A stretch of DNA of 63,588 bases, counting the filler, from Hydrolagus affinis (Eukaryota), in assembly GCA_012026655.1 (NCBI GenBank). It is 4 parts of 4 records of this genome, joined end to end, with 100 filler letters (N's around TTAATTAATTAA, not from the genome) between each part and the next. Parts side by side here need not be neighbours in the genome. Positions count along the whole stretch, not along the records: positions 36,978 to 51,549 come from JAAILG010019045.1; 3 more parts are not named here. The stretch is one strand, 5' to 3'. A program made the position numbers and the translations under genes. Each line of letters begins with the position of its first letter. Position 1 is the first letter of the stretch. Of the stretch, positions 38,437-51,038 are shown one piece after another. A model generated the notes under the pieces. That model saw only the letters and a program-made list of their open reading frames with translations, made no database searches and had not been told where the DNA came from.

Positions 38437-41400
38437 TCACAGTCCAGAATCTTCCCTGATCGCCAGTCGAGGGTACAGAGTCTGTCGGAGAGAAAACCAA
38501 TGTGAAAGCCTGCACAGCTCTCCCTAATTGTTTACAACCGACTGGACACCTGGAGCTCAGTCGTGAGAGCTCAGCATTCACGAGTGAGAGGATCTGGGTT
38601 AGTTTCACAGGTTGGGTAACTTGTCACCTTCATTTACCTCATCGAGACGTCACATACTTCCTCCCATAACATTTTATCAAGTTAAGTTATGGTACAATTT
38701 GTCAGGAAAAAACAGCAGCTAATTGTACACAGCCATGTCCCACAAATAGTCGTGGGTGAAACAACCACATTATTATTACTTCGATTTATATATTTTTGGA
38801 GGGATTATTACCCCATAAAGTGATCCACAAATTGACTACCAACTAGGATCCTACTTACTGCTCGATGCACAGAGGTGTGGGGATCAGGGAAACTTGTTAA
38901 CATTTTGCCCTGCCTGTAATCAAGACCAGGACCTCCCACTGGGGAGTAGATCACTGTAGCCATTGAGCCACAGGACTCCACAAGCCTTACTAAGAACCTG
39001 TTGGCTTTCTTCAGTTTTACCTCGTTTTCTTCCTGGATCGTTCCTACGTCTGTGGTGGGATCATTCCTGGATACGGTGACTGTTGAAAAAGATAAATGAA
39101 GAGGCGATAATGGTGCAAATTCACTACATTCATCACATCGGTCGTTCCAACGCCTGTTTCAATAAAGTATCTGGAAAGTGTTGCCTCAAAATTGGGTGGA
39201 AGCCGATTCCATAACAAGTTTCAGAAATAAGAGGAGGGAAATTTGGGGAAGACAAACTTGGAAGCCTTTGCGGTAAGTGTGGGTGTGTGGGACTCGTTGA
39301 CATCTTTTAAAGAACCGACACAGACACAATGGACTGAATGTCCTATATCTCTGCTTTATAATTGTAAGATAGTATTCGCATGATTTTGAGAGGTTGTAGG
39401 GTGACATAATTGAGGTTTCCAATACAATAAATGGAATTGATGGAATAGCTATAGAAAATCTTTTTCCACTGGTGTGGAATCCAGAACAAGAGATATCATT
39501 TTAAAATTGGAACCAAGAGGAGAAATCGCTGGTAACATTCAGCAAGAGAGATGTGATAACAATAACAATAATAATCATTGCATTATATAAACCGCTTTTT
39601 CACGTCCTCTAGACGTCTCAAATCGCTTCAGATGATGTTCTGAAAAATGAGTTGACGCTATATTTATAGATGAAACATGGTAGCGGAGCAGATTCCCCAC
39701 AAATGGTCTTGGATTAGAATGACCAATTTTATTATTGTGGATTTTTTTGGAAGGTTTATTATTGAAGCATCCACGGAAAAAGGAAAGCGAGCCAACTTCT
39801 CGGGTCCACGATGCATTGTTCTGAAGAAGATTCATGGACCCGAAACGTGGACTCAATATGCTTCCTCTATCGATGCTGCCTGGCCTGCTGAGTGTTCCCA
39901 GCAACTTCGCTTTTTGTTTCATATTTCCATCATCTGCAGTATTTTGGTTTTTTTTGCTTAAAATTAGAGACTGACTCCGAGCCATAGGTGGAGCAAACAG
40001 GCGCGGTGACCAAAAGCACGAATTACCAGGAAGGTACTTCGTCCTGGTTTCAAATTGGGGAGAGAGAGGTCAAGGTGGAGGGATTGAGGGAGACTGTCAG
40101 TGAATTTTGGATTATGCAGTCACGGCCACTAATGTTGGAGTGGAAGGGACGAGACATGAACAGGAGTCTGGAACCAGCCGAGCGCAGGGAAAGTAGCTAC
40201 TGGAGGGTGGGGGTGGGGTGGGTGTGGGGGGTGTTGTGGTAAGCTATACGGAACAGGCTCGATGGGCTGTATGGCCTCCTCGTGTCCCTATATTCTTTTG
40301 AGCATGATTGGTGCTGAGGCTGATATTCATTACCTTGTTTGCGATTGTGGGTGATCCTTCTGACAGCCACAATGAGGTTCCCAAGGAACAGAAGAAACGC
40401 TATTGTTAGAATAGCATAAAGCCTGTTTTCTGGAGTTGTTGGAGGTTCTGAGAAACGCAAAGAAATAATTAGCACATTAACAGAGTACACTAAAGTAGTG
40501 CCGTCGTTAGAGCTACGAATAGCCGGCGGTAATTTTGAATGTAACAATCACTTCAAAAATAAAATTAATTAAAAGTAAATTAAAGAAACAATAATATTTT
40601 TGTTATTTCAATGCACGACTGTTTGTGAGACATTGCTTTCCGCAATTTGCTGCTATATTGCGTCCACAAATACACATTCAATTCCCTTTTGCAGTATTTT
40701 CTGTAAAACGCTTTGAGACGGCTAGAAAATGTTAAAATAACCATATCGAATGCAAATTTTGTTATTATTTACTTTTACTAATACTAATTTGGCAATTGTA
40801 TCCATAGTGTGTGCTAGACACTGCTGCTCACAATTCGATTGGCGCTCTTCACCACCAACTAGAGTGAATTTGCATTGCATTATATATTGTGAAGCGCTGT
40901 GAGACGTCTCGGTAACGTGATCTACGCTAGATTAATTGCAATGATTGTTGATATTATGATAAGGTTATGTTCAGTATCAGCAACAAAGCCCTTTGAATTG
41001 AGGCAGTGACTGCACATGGACAAGACTGATCAAATGGCTTCAGTCATGGGGATTGAACAGCACAATCCCTTGACCCAAAGCCGAGATAGATTATGTAGAG
41101 AAAGGAAAAAGGCTCGGATTGTTCTTCTGAGAGCAGAGAAGGTTGACAAGAGATTGACTAGCCAACTGGTTCTCTAACCTGTATAACGGGCGCTGGATAA
41201 ATGCTAGTTATTATTATTTCAATACGCTTCGCAGTAACATGTAGTGACCGTGTATTTTGTGTGCAAAACGTGGCAGCTAATTATCCACAGCAATGTCCCA
41301 CCAAAGCTGTGGACTGAATGACCAAATTATTTTGAAAAGAAATTTTTCCAAAGGTTTATTACTCCCGGAAAAATATTCCAAGAATCGACTATAAAGCGCA

Positions 41401-43917
41401 TTTCTACTTGCTGCACGATAAACAGAGGCGTGTGTTTAATAAGGAATCCTGCAGAGCATTTTGCACTGTCCCAACCGCGAACAAAACCCGGGTCGTCTCG
41501 TTTGTGTGATGAGCGCTCCAACAACTGAGCTACAGGAAAACATGTGGATGGTGAAATGCGAACTGGGTGGACCCTGGTCTTCTATCTACTGGCAATTTCG
41601 TATAGAGAGGAAAAACTAGGAGCTGGACAGGTCAATAGCCATGTCGCTGGTTACCTGTGTGATCTAATGCAGTTTGATTTCAAGTGTGATCAGTGGAGAT
41701 GAGATGAGTGCAAGTGTAGACAACGCCGCTCTCCCATATCTCCATTGATATGTTGAGCTGACTCCTGATGCTGTAGATCCCATCTGGTTCTGTGATACCC
41801 GAATCAGTCAGGCCCTCCATACTTTGTCCAGCCACCGTCCAGTGGATGGGAGAGGCACCTGGGGTCAGTCCACTGACCACACACATCAATGGGACTGTCT
41901 CCATTGACAGGATCTCATCCGATGGGGGAGATAAATTATATATCCTGGGGAGTCCGGCTGAGACCAGGGAACAAAAAGCAATCAATTCAACAAGACAACA
42001 GCAACACTTTACAAGAACAATGATATCAGATTTGTTTATTGCCTTTCACATCTGAAGGACATTTACAAAGCGCCCACTGATACGCATAATTGATCATTAA
42101 GCTACTTGGAGTGAACTAGCAACAATCCTTGCGTTTCATACAAAGCCTGGTCTCGTCTGCAAGACGGCTCAATGTACTTGACATGATACACACCATACGC
42201 ATAGTGACTGGGTATTGCTGCGCGAATCGTAGCAGTGAATTGCTCACAGCAGTGTGCAACAAACAGTCGTGGATGTAGCGACCATTTTCTTACTTTTTGA
42301 TTTTTGAGAGAATATCAACGCTGAAAAAGGTAATCCAGCAATGGATTAACAACTGTTTACCTTCTTACTGCTCGTAAACAGAGTAAGGAAACTTAACCAA
42401 AATTTCGCCTGCTCTTGCCTGAAAATTGCGTTCCGTTCGTATAGTTTGCAAATCGAATGCTGTAGCTTTAGTCCCTGTGCCCCAAACTGACTGTGGATTA
42501 TGGCCGTATTTATTACAATTGACAAGACTGGAGTGGAGAAATCTGTTGTAGGTCAGGGTAGCAAGTGAGTTGGGGCAAAGGCAGGCAATTGTAATTATGA
42601 TACAGGTTCAGTCGCGAACTTACAGAATGACCAGAGAGGATCACGAAGCTGCAAGCCCTCCTTCTCTTTGTACGTTCTTAAATTCCTATTGTGTCCAATG
42701 CAAAAAAGATTCGCATCACAAGCGAGAGGACCTGAGTTCGCTTCCCGTCAGGACAAAATATCAGGCAAGTTCTCTTGGATCGATTCTCCAGTGTTAGTAA
42801 TTTAATCAAAAACAATATTAATAATAATAATAAATTCGTCAATCCGTTTGTAGGACATTGCTGTTCGTAGTTGGCTGCCACGTTTTGCTAACAAAGTATA
42901 CAATCAAATCGCAATATCATGTGAAGTGCAGTGAGATGTATTGAAGACACAATCAGGTGCTAAAGCAAATCAAAGGGTTATTGTGATTCTTACGCATTAA
43001 AAAAAGGATGGTGAAACTTACCTGGAATTGTGTCCTCGGAGGCATTCCCAAATAGAATGTTTCCACTTGTATAATTTCTAGCAGTACAGTAATATGTCCC
43101 CGAATCATTTCTCTGAGCATTTTCGATGATGAAGATATCATGATAACGGTCAGTTTTTTTCTCCTTCTGTATCCCATTTGGAGAAGTTTGTGATACAGTG
43201 TAGACTCTTTTTAGCTTCTCATTGTGTCTCTGTGTGCACTGTCTAACAGCAATGCTAAGTGAGTGCATGCTGCCGTAACAATCAATCTTCACAGTGTTCC
43301 CAACCGCCAATGTCTGCAGTGCTGGAGTCTGCTCCAAAGCCATCCGCGGTAACACAACTGAAACAAAGTCAAACATTGTGCCAGATTACAGCCAAGTCAT
43401 TGATTCAAGGAAATAACTTGTTTGCTAACAGTTAGTAATAATAAGCAATATGAATATTGCCTCTGAAGCAAGGCAACATACTTCCCGGATTACAATAATA
43501 ATGATATTTATCATGATGTCTTCGAGACGACTCAAAGCTACTCACAGAATATACTATCAAGTGAATTGATTGTAAATATTCTGTGCGCTGTCGAGTTTAC
43601 CCTCAATCCACTTGACAGTATATATTGGTTAAAATTGAAGCGCCTTTTGATGTCTTGAAGATAGGATGAGGCGCTGTGCAAACTGCAAGAAATATTATCG
43701 TTATCCCCCAGTTAAAATTTCTTGTTCACTACATTGCTGTCCTTTGGATAGATATTGTGTGACAACAAAGTAAACATCCACTAAATTGTACAATAAACCC
43801 TTCAAATGGCATTGAGATTCCTCCACACAAAATCCTACAATTATTATTTTGGCTGGCCAATCTGATGAGAATATTAAGGTCTAACCTTGAAGAAGATGAG
43901 AGCGTGCACAAATCATT
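38437..43917 (-). pseudogene. Gene B, right copy: VJ-C1-TM-2 tail exons, damaged
   Basis: Leader 43887-43917, V 43022-43357 (Trp lost, FGNG changed to FGNA), C1 41655-41957 (GGA to TGA at 41680-41682), TM 40334-40447, tail 39021-39079 (phase 1-0) and 38437-38481 (TLYPRLAIREDSGL*). Confidence 0.8.
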
Positions 43918-45867
43918 AAGAACCTAATTGTGTGTGTGGATCTGAACTGATTGTTAGTGTCTCAAAACTTTCCGCTCGTTAAGAACAATACAAATATGGT
44001 TAGTTTGGGGGTTGGAAAGTTTGACGAACAGAGCGAGATTGGAAAACCGCATGTTTATTAATAACTTGAGAATAAGCACAAGTACATTGTTACAGGCAAT
44101 ACATATTTTTGTGGTTTTCCTGTTTGTGTATTGAACGCCCACTTGTACACTATGGTCTGTAAAGGGCATCCAATCAGATTACTTTTTTCTCCCTCAACTC
44201 CAAACAGCGAGCGAGATGAGCATATGAAGCGGAGCTTGAAGCAGTGACCAATTTAACGACACATCGAGTGTGGTATGAATGTGGTCAAATTCCTTCCAGT
44301 CAGTCAATTGCAATAACAGCAATATACGATTCTGGTTATTCAAACCATGGCACTTGTGGGACGTCAATGTGCGCAATTGGCTGTTGCATTGCAACCACTA
44401 AATACATTCAATCCACGTTACAGTATATTCTGTGAAGTGCTTTGCAACATCTCAATGAAACGATAAGGCTCTGTGTTGAATACAATAACTATTATTATCT
44501 TTATGTTTGAGAATCCAGGCAATGACGCTCCAGTGAGTTGCCATTTCTTTTTCCATTAATTGATAGACAACCTGTCAAACACGATAATTGCAATTAACAC
44601 TTATTATCTACAACAGAGAATGAGGCTTGACTAGAGTTTGAGACTACTTGACGATGGAGCACTCGAATAAACCCATTGAATTACCTGTTATGCGTTGAAA
44701 TTAAAATAATTTTCCGTTTACAACATGTGACTGTGTGTTTTAGTAACATAACCCTCTCCAGAACATTGACACAACTAAAGCTCTTCAGAATCGTAGATGA
44801 AGAGAAGAAAACTTTAGAACCGATAAGATGATTTCTTTAATTAATTTGAATGCTCTCCCATTATCCTGAGATTTTCTCTCCGATGAACTGCTGAGGTTTA
44901 AGTATTTTACTATTTTGATTGCAAGGAAACATAAACATCCCAAATTGACATCCCTGTGTTGAATGCAAATATTATAATTAATCCAATTTACTTTGCTGCC
45001 TTATGTGGTATCTTTCATTAATGATTGAAAGTAATTAACTTTCACATATAGTTACAATATTTCTGGGGCTTCAATACTGAGTTGAGTGCATTTTAAAATC
45101 ATCAGTTTAGGGAAGAAAAAAAACAGCTAAATTTCGTAAAGACTGTCTAGCTTGAAACAATAAAATTACAGCACGCTACAAACCTTGATTGCAATTATGA
45201 ATAGCTAAAGTGAAGTCGTGGAGATCAGCGTGAGAGGACCTATGTTGGACTCCTTGTCAATTTAGGTCGAAAGTTGGGCACATTTCCTTATTTCACACTC
45301 ATGGCTCTATTTAGCTAGTGTTCAATAGAAACCGAATTATTATTCCATTGTTGTATTGTTACGGGGCTTTTAGTCCACTTAATAATGGTGTTAATTATCA
45401 TAATAATTTGGTCATTCAATGGAAGGATGTTTTGGGGCCACTGCCATGCACAATAGGCTTGCGCTTTCGCCAACAAACTACACAGTCAGTACACTTGCTA
45501 GTACACTATTTGATGCTTTGTAAGATATCTCGACGACGTGAAACACCGCTGTATCAACAAAAGGGATTAATGTTTTTGCAAATGCAAAGGTCACTGTAAT
45601 GTTAAAAGCAAGTGTGTACAGTATTGACCCGTATGTCCAATGCGGGTCTCACTACGTCATGGAATGTCTCACAATGATCACTGTCTACAAGGCAAGTCTG
45701 GCCACTGTGAGACAGGAGAGGTAGCAGTGAGGTGTTCTTATCTGGGAACAGACACATAATGGATCTCTACATCAAGCGTGGGCTAAAGAATACTTCCCCC
45801 CAATTCATCGACTAACCGCAAGCACCAAGTAACTCAGCAGCAAACTGGCCAGATCGCTTGTTTCATC

Positions 45868-48800
45868 ATGTTGAAAATATTGTCTTCATTGCTTCTCTCT
45901 GTCGTGCTGTCCTGGATAAGCAGTAAGTTTAAACACGCGACTGGATCATTTAACGGGAGGTTGGCAGGGAACGATTTTGAGAGGAGCGATTATTTGGTAC
46001 CCTAAATTGAGACAAGGAAAGGCGTTTAGCAGAGGAAGAGAGTAAGAGAATACGTTAAATCTAGTGATAAGAAAAATTAAGATGTTGCCTCGCACAAGTT
46101 AGGCTAAAAATTACTCAATTCATAGAGTTTTTAATTTTCAAAGCTGAATTGATTGAGACACCAAGCCAAACTGTAAGGAAGAAGCAGGGAGGATATTGGA
46201 ATATGTTTCTCTCCCACGGTATTAATAATATGCGTAATAATATCAATCCTTACATTTGATCAGGCGACTGATCACATCTTCGAGAAGTCTCAGAGCGTTT
46301 GACAGGATACTTTGAAAACTGCAGTGACAGTACGATTTTATCTCTTGTTTGCCATCTGGCTTGATGTGCATTTTGTTTACTTAAAAGCTCCGGGACGCTG
46401 CCACGGGAGGGCTTTATGTAAAATTAAATGTTGTTGCCTACTTCATGTCTCCTGCCTCTCCCGCCCCACGAATGACATCAGGGCTTCCGACCATTTGGAA
46501 CTCCATCCCGCATTCCCTTCGTCTTGACCTCTCCTTTTGCCTCCTCTACCATGCCGTCGGCCACCCTCCTTTCCGGACCCTTGCAACCCTTCACTAATCC
46601 TGATCTTAACCCCCTAGCTCGAGTGCGGACCCTAATAGTCCCAGGTATTTGTGACATTCTACCGACATGAATGTCATTCTCTATGTAACTATAATTTGGT
46701 ATTATCTTATTATTGTTGTTATTTTTTTCGTTAATCTCTAACTTCAATTAAACGGCTGTGTTTCCCATTCAGAATCGGAAACTCTCGCGTCGCTGTTCCC
46801 CTATCTCCATATGCTCAAAGTCGGGGAGGATATTGAGGTGCTATGCTACTCAAGCTACGAGATTGAATCTGCGTACAAAGCTGTTTGGTACAAACAAACT
46901 GATGGCGAAGCCCCACAGCTCATCGATACTCGATACTGCAATGGATCATTATGTAGATTTACTGCTGAAACAGTCAACAGAGCGTTTAAGTTGAAAATCC
47001 GTGCTGTACAGTTTAATGATTCTGGCTCATACTATTGCTCTGAACAATACAGTAACTTTCTATGGAACGCATCCACTCTACTTGTCGGAGGTAAGAATTC
47101 CACTTGTTTTGTGATCTGACGCATTCCACCCACTCATGGATATATCTCTCATTGGTGTATTGCTAGAACGAGATATACACTCTATCTCTCCCTGTAGGGC
47201 GGCACACTGCTCGCCGAACTCAAGATAGTATTAAGCGCATGTTGGCAATACCAAAGGCGTCGTGGAAGAGGGCAGGGGAGTGAGTACCCTTGCGGTGCGT
47301 TTCGATAATTTCTGAAACTACTCAGTGTGGCTTTTGAGAGATTGACTTTCCTACAATCGCTCCACCTCAACACTTGTCTGAGACCCCTCTGCTCCTTTCT
47401 AACGAGATTCCATTTGACTGCTCCGTCAGCCACGCTCCCACATGCTAGCTACCTGCTCTCCAATCCTCCTGACTACAACTCCCATCTTAGGTCCATAAAC
47501 CGTTGAATGGGGTGTACTCCTGGCATGATCAGCGCTAGACAAGTGTAAATCGCTGCTGGTGAGAGCGCTGTATGCAACGTTAAATAATAGATATGAATAC
47601 ACTCTTGGTTTTCAGTTCTTCTAAGCGTATCGAAGCGCTTCCTTCACAGAATGTCCTGTAACGTGAGAATTTGTATGCGAAACAAGGCAGCCAGTTGCGC
47701 TCAGCATTGTCCACAAACAGACGTGGATTGAAATCACCCAATTATTTTGACGGCATATTTTATGCATGTAGAATAAGGTGGCTTGCCCAAAGTTTCTCCC
47801 TGAACTGCCTGGATTCGAAAACAGATAACACGCTCGTAATCCGCTGGGCTAGATGATTCCAGAGCTCCAGGCTTCTCATTGTCCCGGGTAAGATTAAAAC
47901 TGACATAGCGCACATTAATATATTCTCTTGTCTGTCTCCCACATCAGAGAGTTCCACAGACCAGACTTCCTTGCAAATATTCGTGCCTCGTATTCACCTG
48001 GATTCGGTTGAATCGTTTCCCTTGGTGTGTTTGGTCAGTGGAGTGACCCACAATATGGTTCCCGTGTTCTGGAATGTGTCAGGACAAGTGATGGCGGGAA
48101 CGAGTGATCAAGGTGCGACCCAACCTGACGGATGTTACAGTCTGAGGAGTCAGATGCTCATCTCAAAGGATACCTGGATCAAAGGTGCCATGTGCACCTG
48201 TATTGTTCAAGTGTCTCAAGAGAATACTATAGAGAAGAGCGTGAGCTACCCAGAGAAAAGGAGAAATGGTGAGTTTACAGATTAATTGTCTAATAAGTTA
48301 GATTAGTTAGTCGCTGTAACTCAGCGGTTAGAGAGCTCGACATGAGTCGACCCGGGTTCGTTTCCCTACTATGTCAGGGTGAAACATTTGACACGCTTAT
48401 TACTTGTGAGTCCTGTAGCATATTGGTTATATCACTTGTCTTACAAGCGTGAGACCTCTGTTCGAATCCAGGCAGATTAGGGCGAAACGTGGACACACAC
48501 AGCCCTAATAGGAATCCCTCCAGTAATAAAACACAATAATAAAGTATGGTCATTTTCAATCCACGACTGTTGTGGGGACGCTGCTATGCGCAATTGGCTG
48601 CCGCGTTTCGCCCACAAATATACAGTTAAATTGCTTTGCAGCATATTCCGTGAAGTGCTTTGAAAAGCGCTATAACATATAAAGGTTTATTATTATTACC
48701 ATACTCACGCATATAAATCTCAGTTTACCAAATAGTAAGTAGGAACACGTTTGTTAGTCAATTGGTGGATCGCTTTTCTGTGGGCAATTATACCTTGAAA

Positions 48801-51038
48801 ATATATCTTTTTAAAAAAGTTATAGTTAGATCTCTTGAACTTGCGACTGTTTGTGTGGATGTCGCTGTGCGCAATTGGCTGCAGAGTTTCACAAAAGGTG
48901 AAAGTCACTTTTGCACTGCAGCCAGTGAAGCGCTTTGAAATTGATGGAGAGTGCTAAAAAGCGTTGTCTCACGGGCAAGGATGATTATTATTATTACATT
49001 CTAAACTAATGGTCGGAGTTGCCGATAATATAACGTTACTCCAAACACATGCGCACACATGTTTACCAGCATTAAGTTCTTACCCGGTTATTGGTCAACT
49101 GGCAAATCCCTATCTCGAGGTAATATTCCTTCATCACAAAAAACTTAAAAGGTTTGTGGGACTAGAATGTGTGTACAATGTTTGGCAGCTACGAATGTGA
49201 CCAGTAATTGGATCGTCTCACTCTCACGCTCTCTCTCTCATTCAAATTCTTTATCTAAACTGCAGATAATTACTACCTTCTGATCATCATTGGGATCATT
49301 GCTCTGGTCCTGCTGATTGTACTTCTGTTGCTTATCTTCGCCCCACTTTGCAAATGCAATCTGACAGGTAAACAACAAGAAGAATAACAAAATTACATTT
49401 AGAGAGCGCTTTTCATGTCAGGAGGCCGAGGCAAGGCGCCTTATATTCAGAGTGTAATTTTAACAGAACCTGTATTTTTATCTTCAACTTGACTACTAAG
49501 TTAAGATAGTTTTCGAAAGAAGAACTTTGGGAGGAAAAATTTGCTAGGCTACGGGGGACAGTGCGGGGAGATTGATAGCTCTATTAAGGAGCCGGCGTTG
49601 TCACAATGGGCTGAATGAAGTACAATTCTATGTCTCTACTAACAAGAAAGACAAAAAGACATTACATTAACACAATACATCGTTGTTAATGTTTCCTTAC
49701 TCCCACGCACTTCTAATTACCAAAAGTGAGTGCGAACCTGCCTGTTACTGAACTGCTGGATAACTTTTCAGGAGATAATAATTGGTTCCGGAAAGTAAGA
49801 AAATAACAGTTTGGTCAATCGACCCATGACTATTTGACGGACGCTGCTGTGCGCAATTCTCTGCCGCTTTCACCCACAACAAATACAGTCAATTCACTTA
49901 ACAATGTGTCCAGTGAATCGCATTGAAACGTCTCAACGAAGTGATAGGACGCTTTGTCGAATGCAACGATTATAAATGTTAATTTCATTTTGTTCTCCTA
50001 ATGTGTTTCAAGCAGAAAACGTCAAGATGGGACGTAATAAACGGTAAGAATAATTTCCAAGTTTCTTTGACAGTGAAAGCTTCAGTTGTGTTTGATATTC
50101 CTGTCCACTTCAATATGGTATTTATTTTATCGTGAAATATGTGCGCAATGGAACGACAATGGTAAATTTGCATCAGACGCAAAGCGACAGTATTCACAGA
50201 GTACTCTCAAAAAATAGACAGTTAATTCACCTGGTTGTATTTTCTGTGGAGCGCTTTGAGACTTCCCGAATACATGATAAGGAACTGTATGAAATGCAAG
50301 GATTATTATTATTATTATTAGAGAATTAGCCATTTCATTAAGTATTTTCAGATGTATATTATTTAAATAGCACTCTTTTGTTTTCCGAACAGCGACAATA
50401 AGAAAATAGAAACAAAAGTACGAAATTATGAGCATCCAGGTGAGATTCATTCCATTAGTTTTAGAACAAGATTATTCAAATCCAGAGTTCTATTAAACCA
50501 ACCTGTTACCCGCTAAAAAAAAAAAAAAGACTTTTGAAAGAACACTAGGATGTAAAACACGTATAACGGTTTAACATTTGGGGTCCCGTAGCTTGGTTGT
50601 TATACTAGTCGTTCAGCAAGCGAGAGGATCTGGATTCCCAGGCAGGTTAAAATGATCTGGAATTTTCTTTACTCCACAAACTATCTGCAAGTAAACAAAA
50701 AAGACTGTATTGACTCAATGCAGAAAATATGTAGTCAATTCGCTTTACTGTGTATACCTTGAAGCGAAATGTGGCGTCAAGGCGACGTGATAAATTGTTA
50801 TATCAAATAAAAGGATCATTTTTATTATTTTAATATTAACGTTTGATTCTCTCAGTGAAGGTAGGTTCTAAGTGTTTATGAATCATACAATTGCCAATTT
50901 TATTCATATAATTCCAACAACCAATGACTTCTTTATACTCTTAATTTGGGATGAACTGTTGATGGTTATTCACCTTATTATCACTATTATTACTACTACG
51001 CAGGTGAATCAATGCACAGACATAAGCGTCCGAATATG
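45868..51038 (+). CDS. Gene A, right copy: leader-V-C1-TM-cytoplasmic exons, open; terminal ITIM exon expected in or after the gap at 51550
   Basis: Leader 45868-45922 (MLKILSSLLLSVVLSWIS), V 46773-47090, C1 47948-48268, TM 49266-49367, tail 50016-50043, 50393-50439 and 51004-51038; no stops and phases consistent. Confidence 0.85.
46773..47090 (+). CDS. Gene A (right) V domain exon
   Basis: IEVLC..AVWYKQ..FKLKIRAVQFNDSGSYYC..FLWNASTLLVG; V-set with the G strand in the same exon. Confidence 0.9.
47948..48268 (+). CDS. Gene A (right) C1-like domain exon
   Basis: 321 nt, phase 1-1; PLVCLVSGVT..VFWNVSG..DGCYSLRSQMLI..WIKGAMCTC. Confidence 0.9.
49266..49367 (+). CDS. Gene A (right) transmembrane exon
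   Basis: (D)NYYLLIIIGIIALVLLIVLLLLIFAPLCKCNLT; CTGCAG acceptor, GTAAAC donor. Confidence 0.9.

Noticed and set aside
28928-47090. Genes A/B as TCR or Ig light-chain loci
   Set aside because: V and J-like strand lie in one exon with no RSS seen, the TM lacks the charged TCR residues, and the tails are long with Tyr motifs
50393-50439. Apparent stop codons in the 47-nt tail exon of both A copies
   Set aside because: They occur only in the phase-1 reading; with the 28-nt exon upstream the exon is entered in phase 2 and is open in both copies
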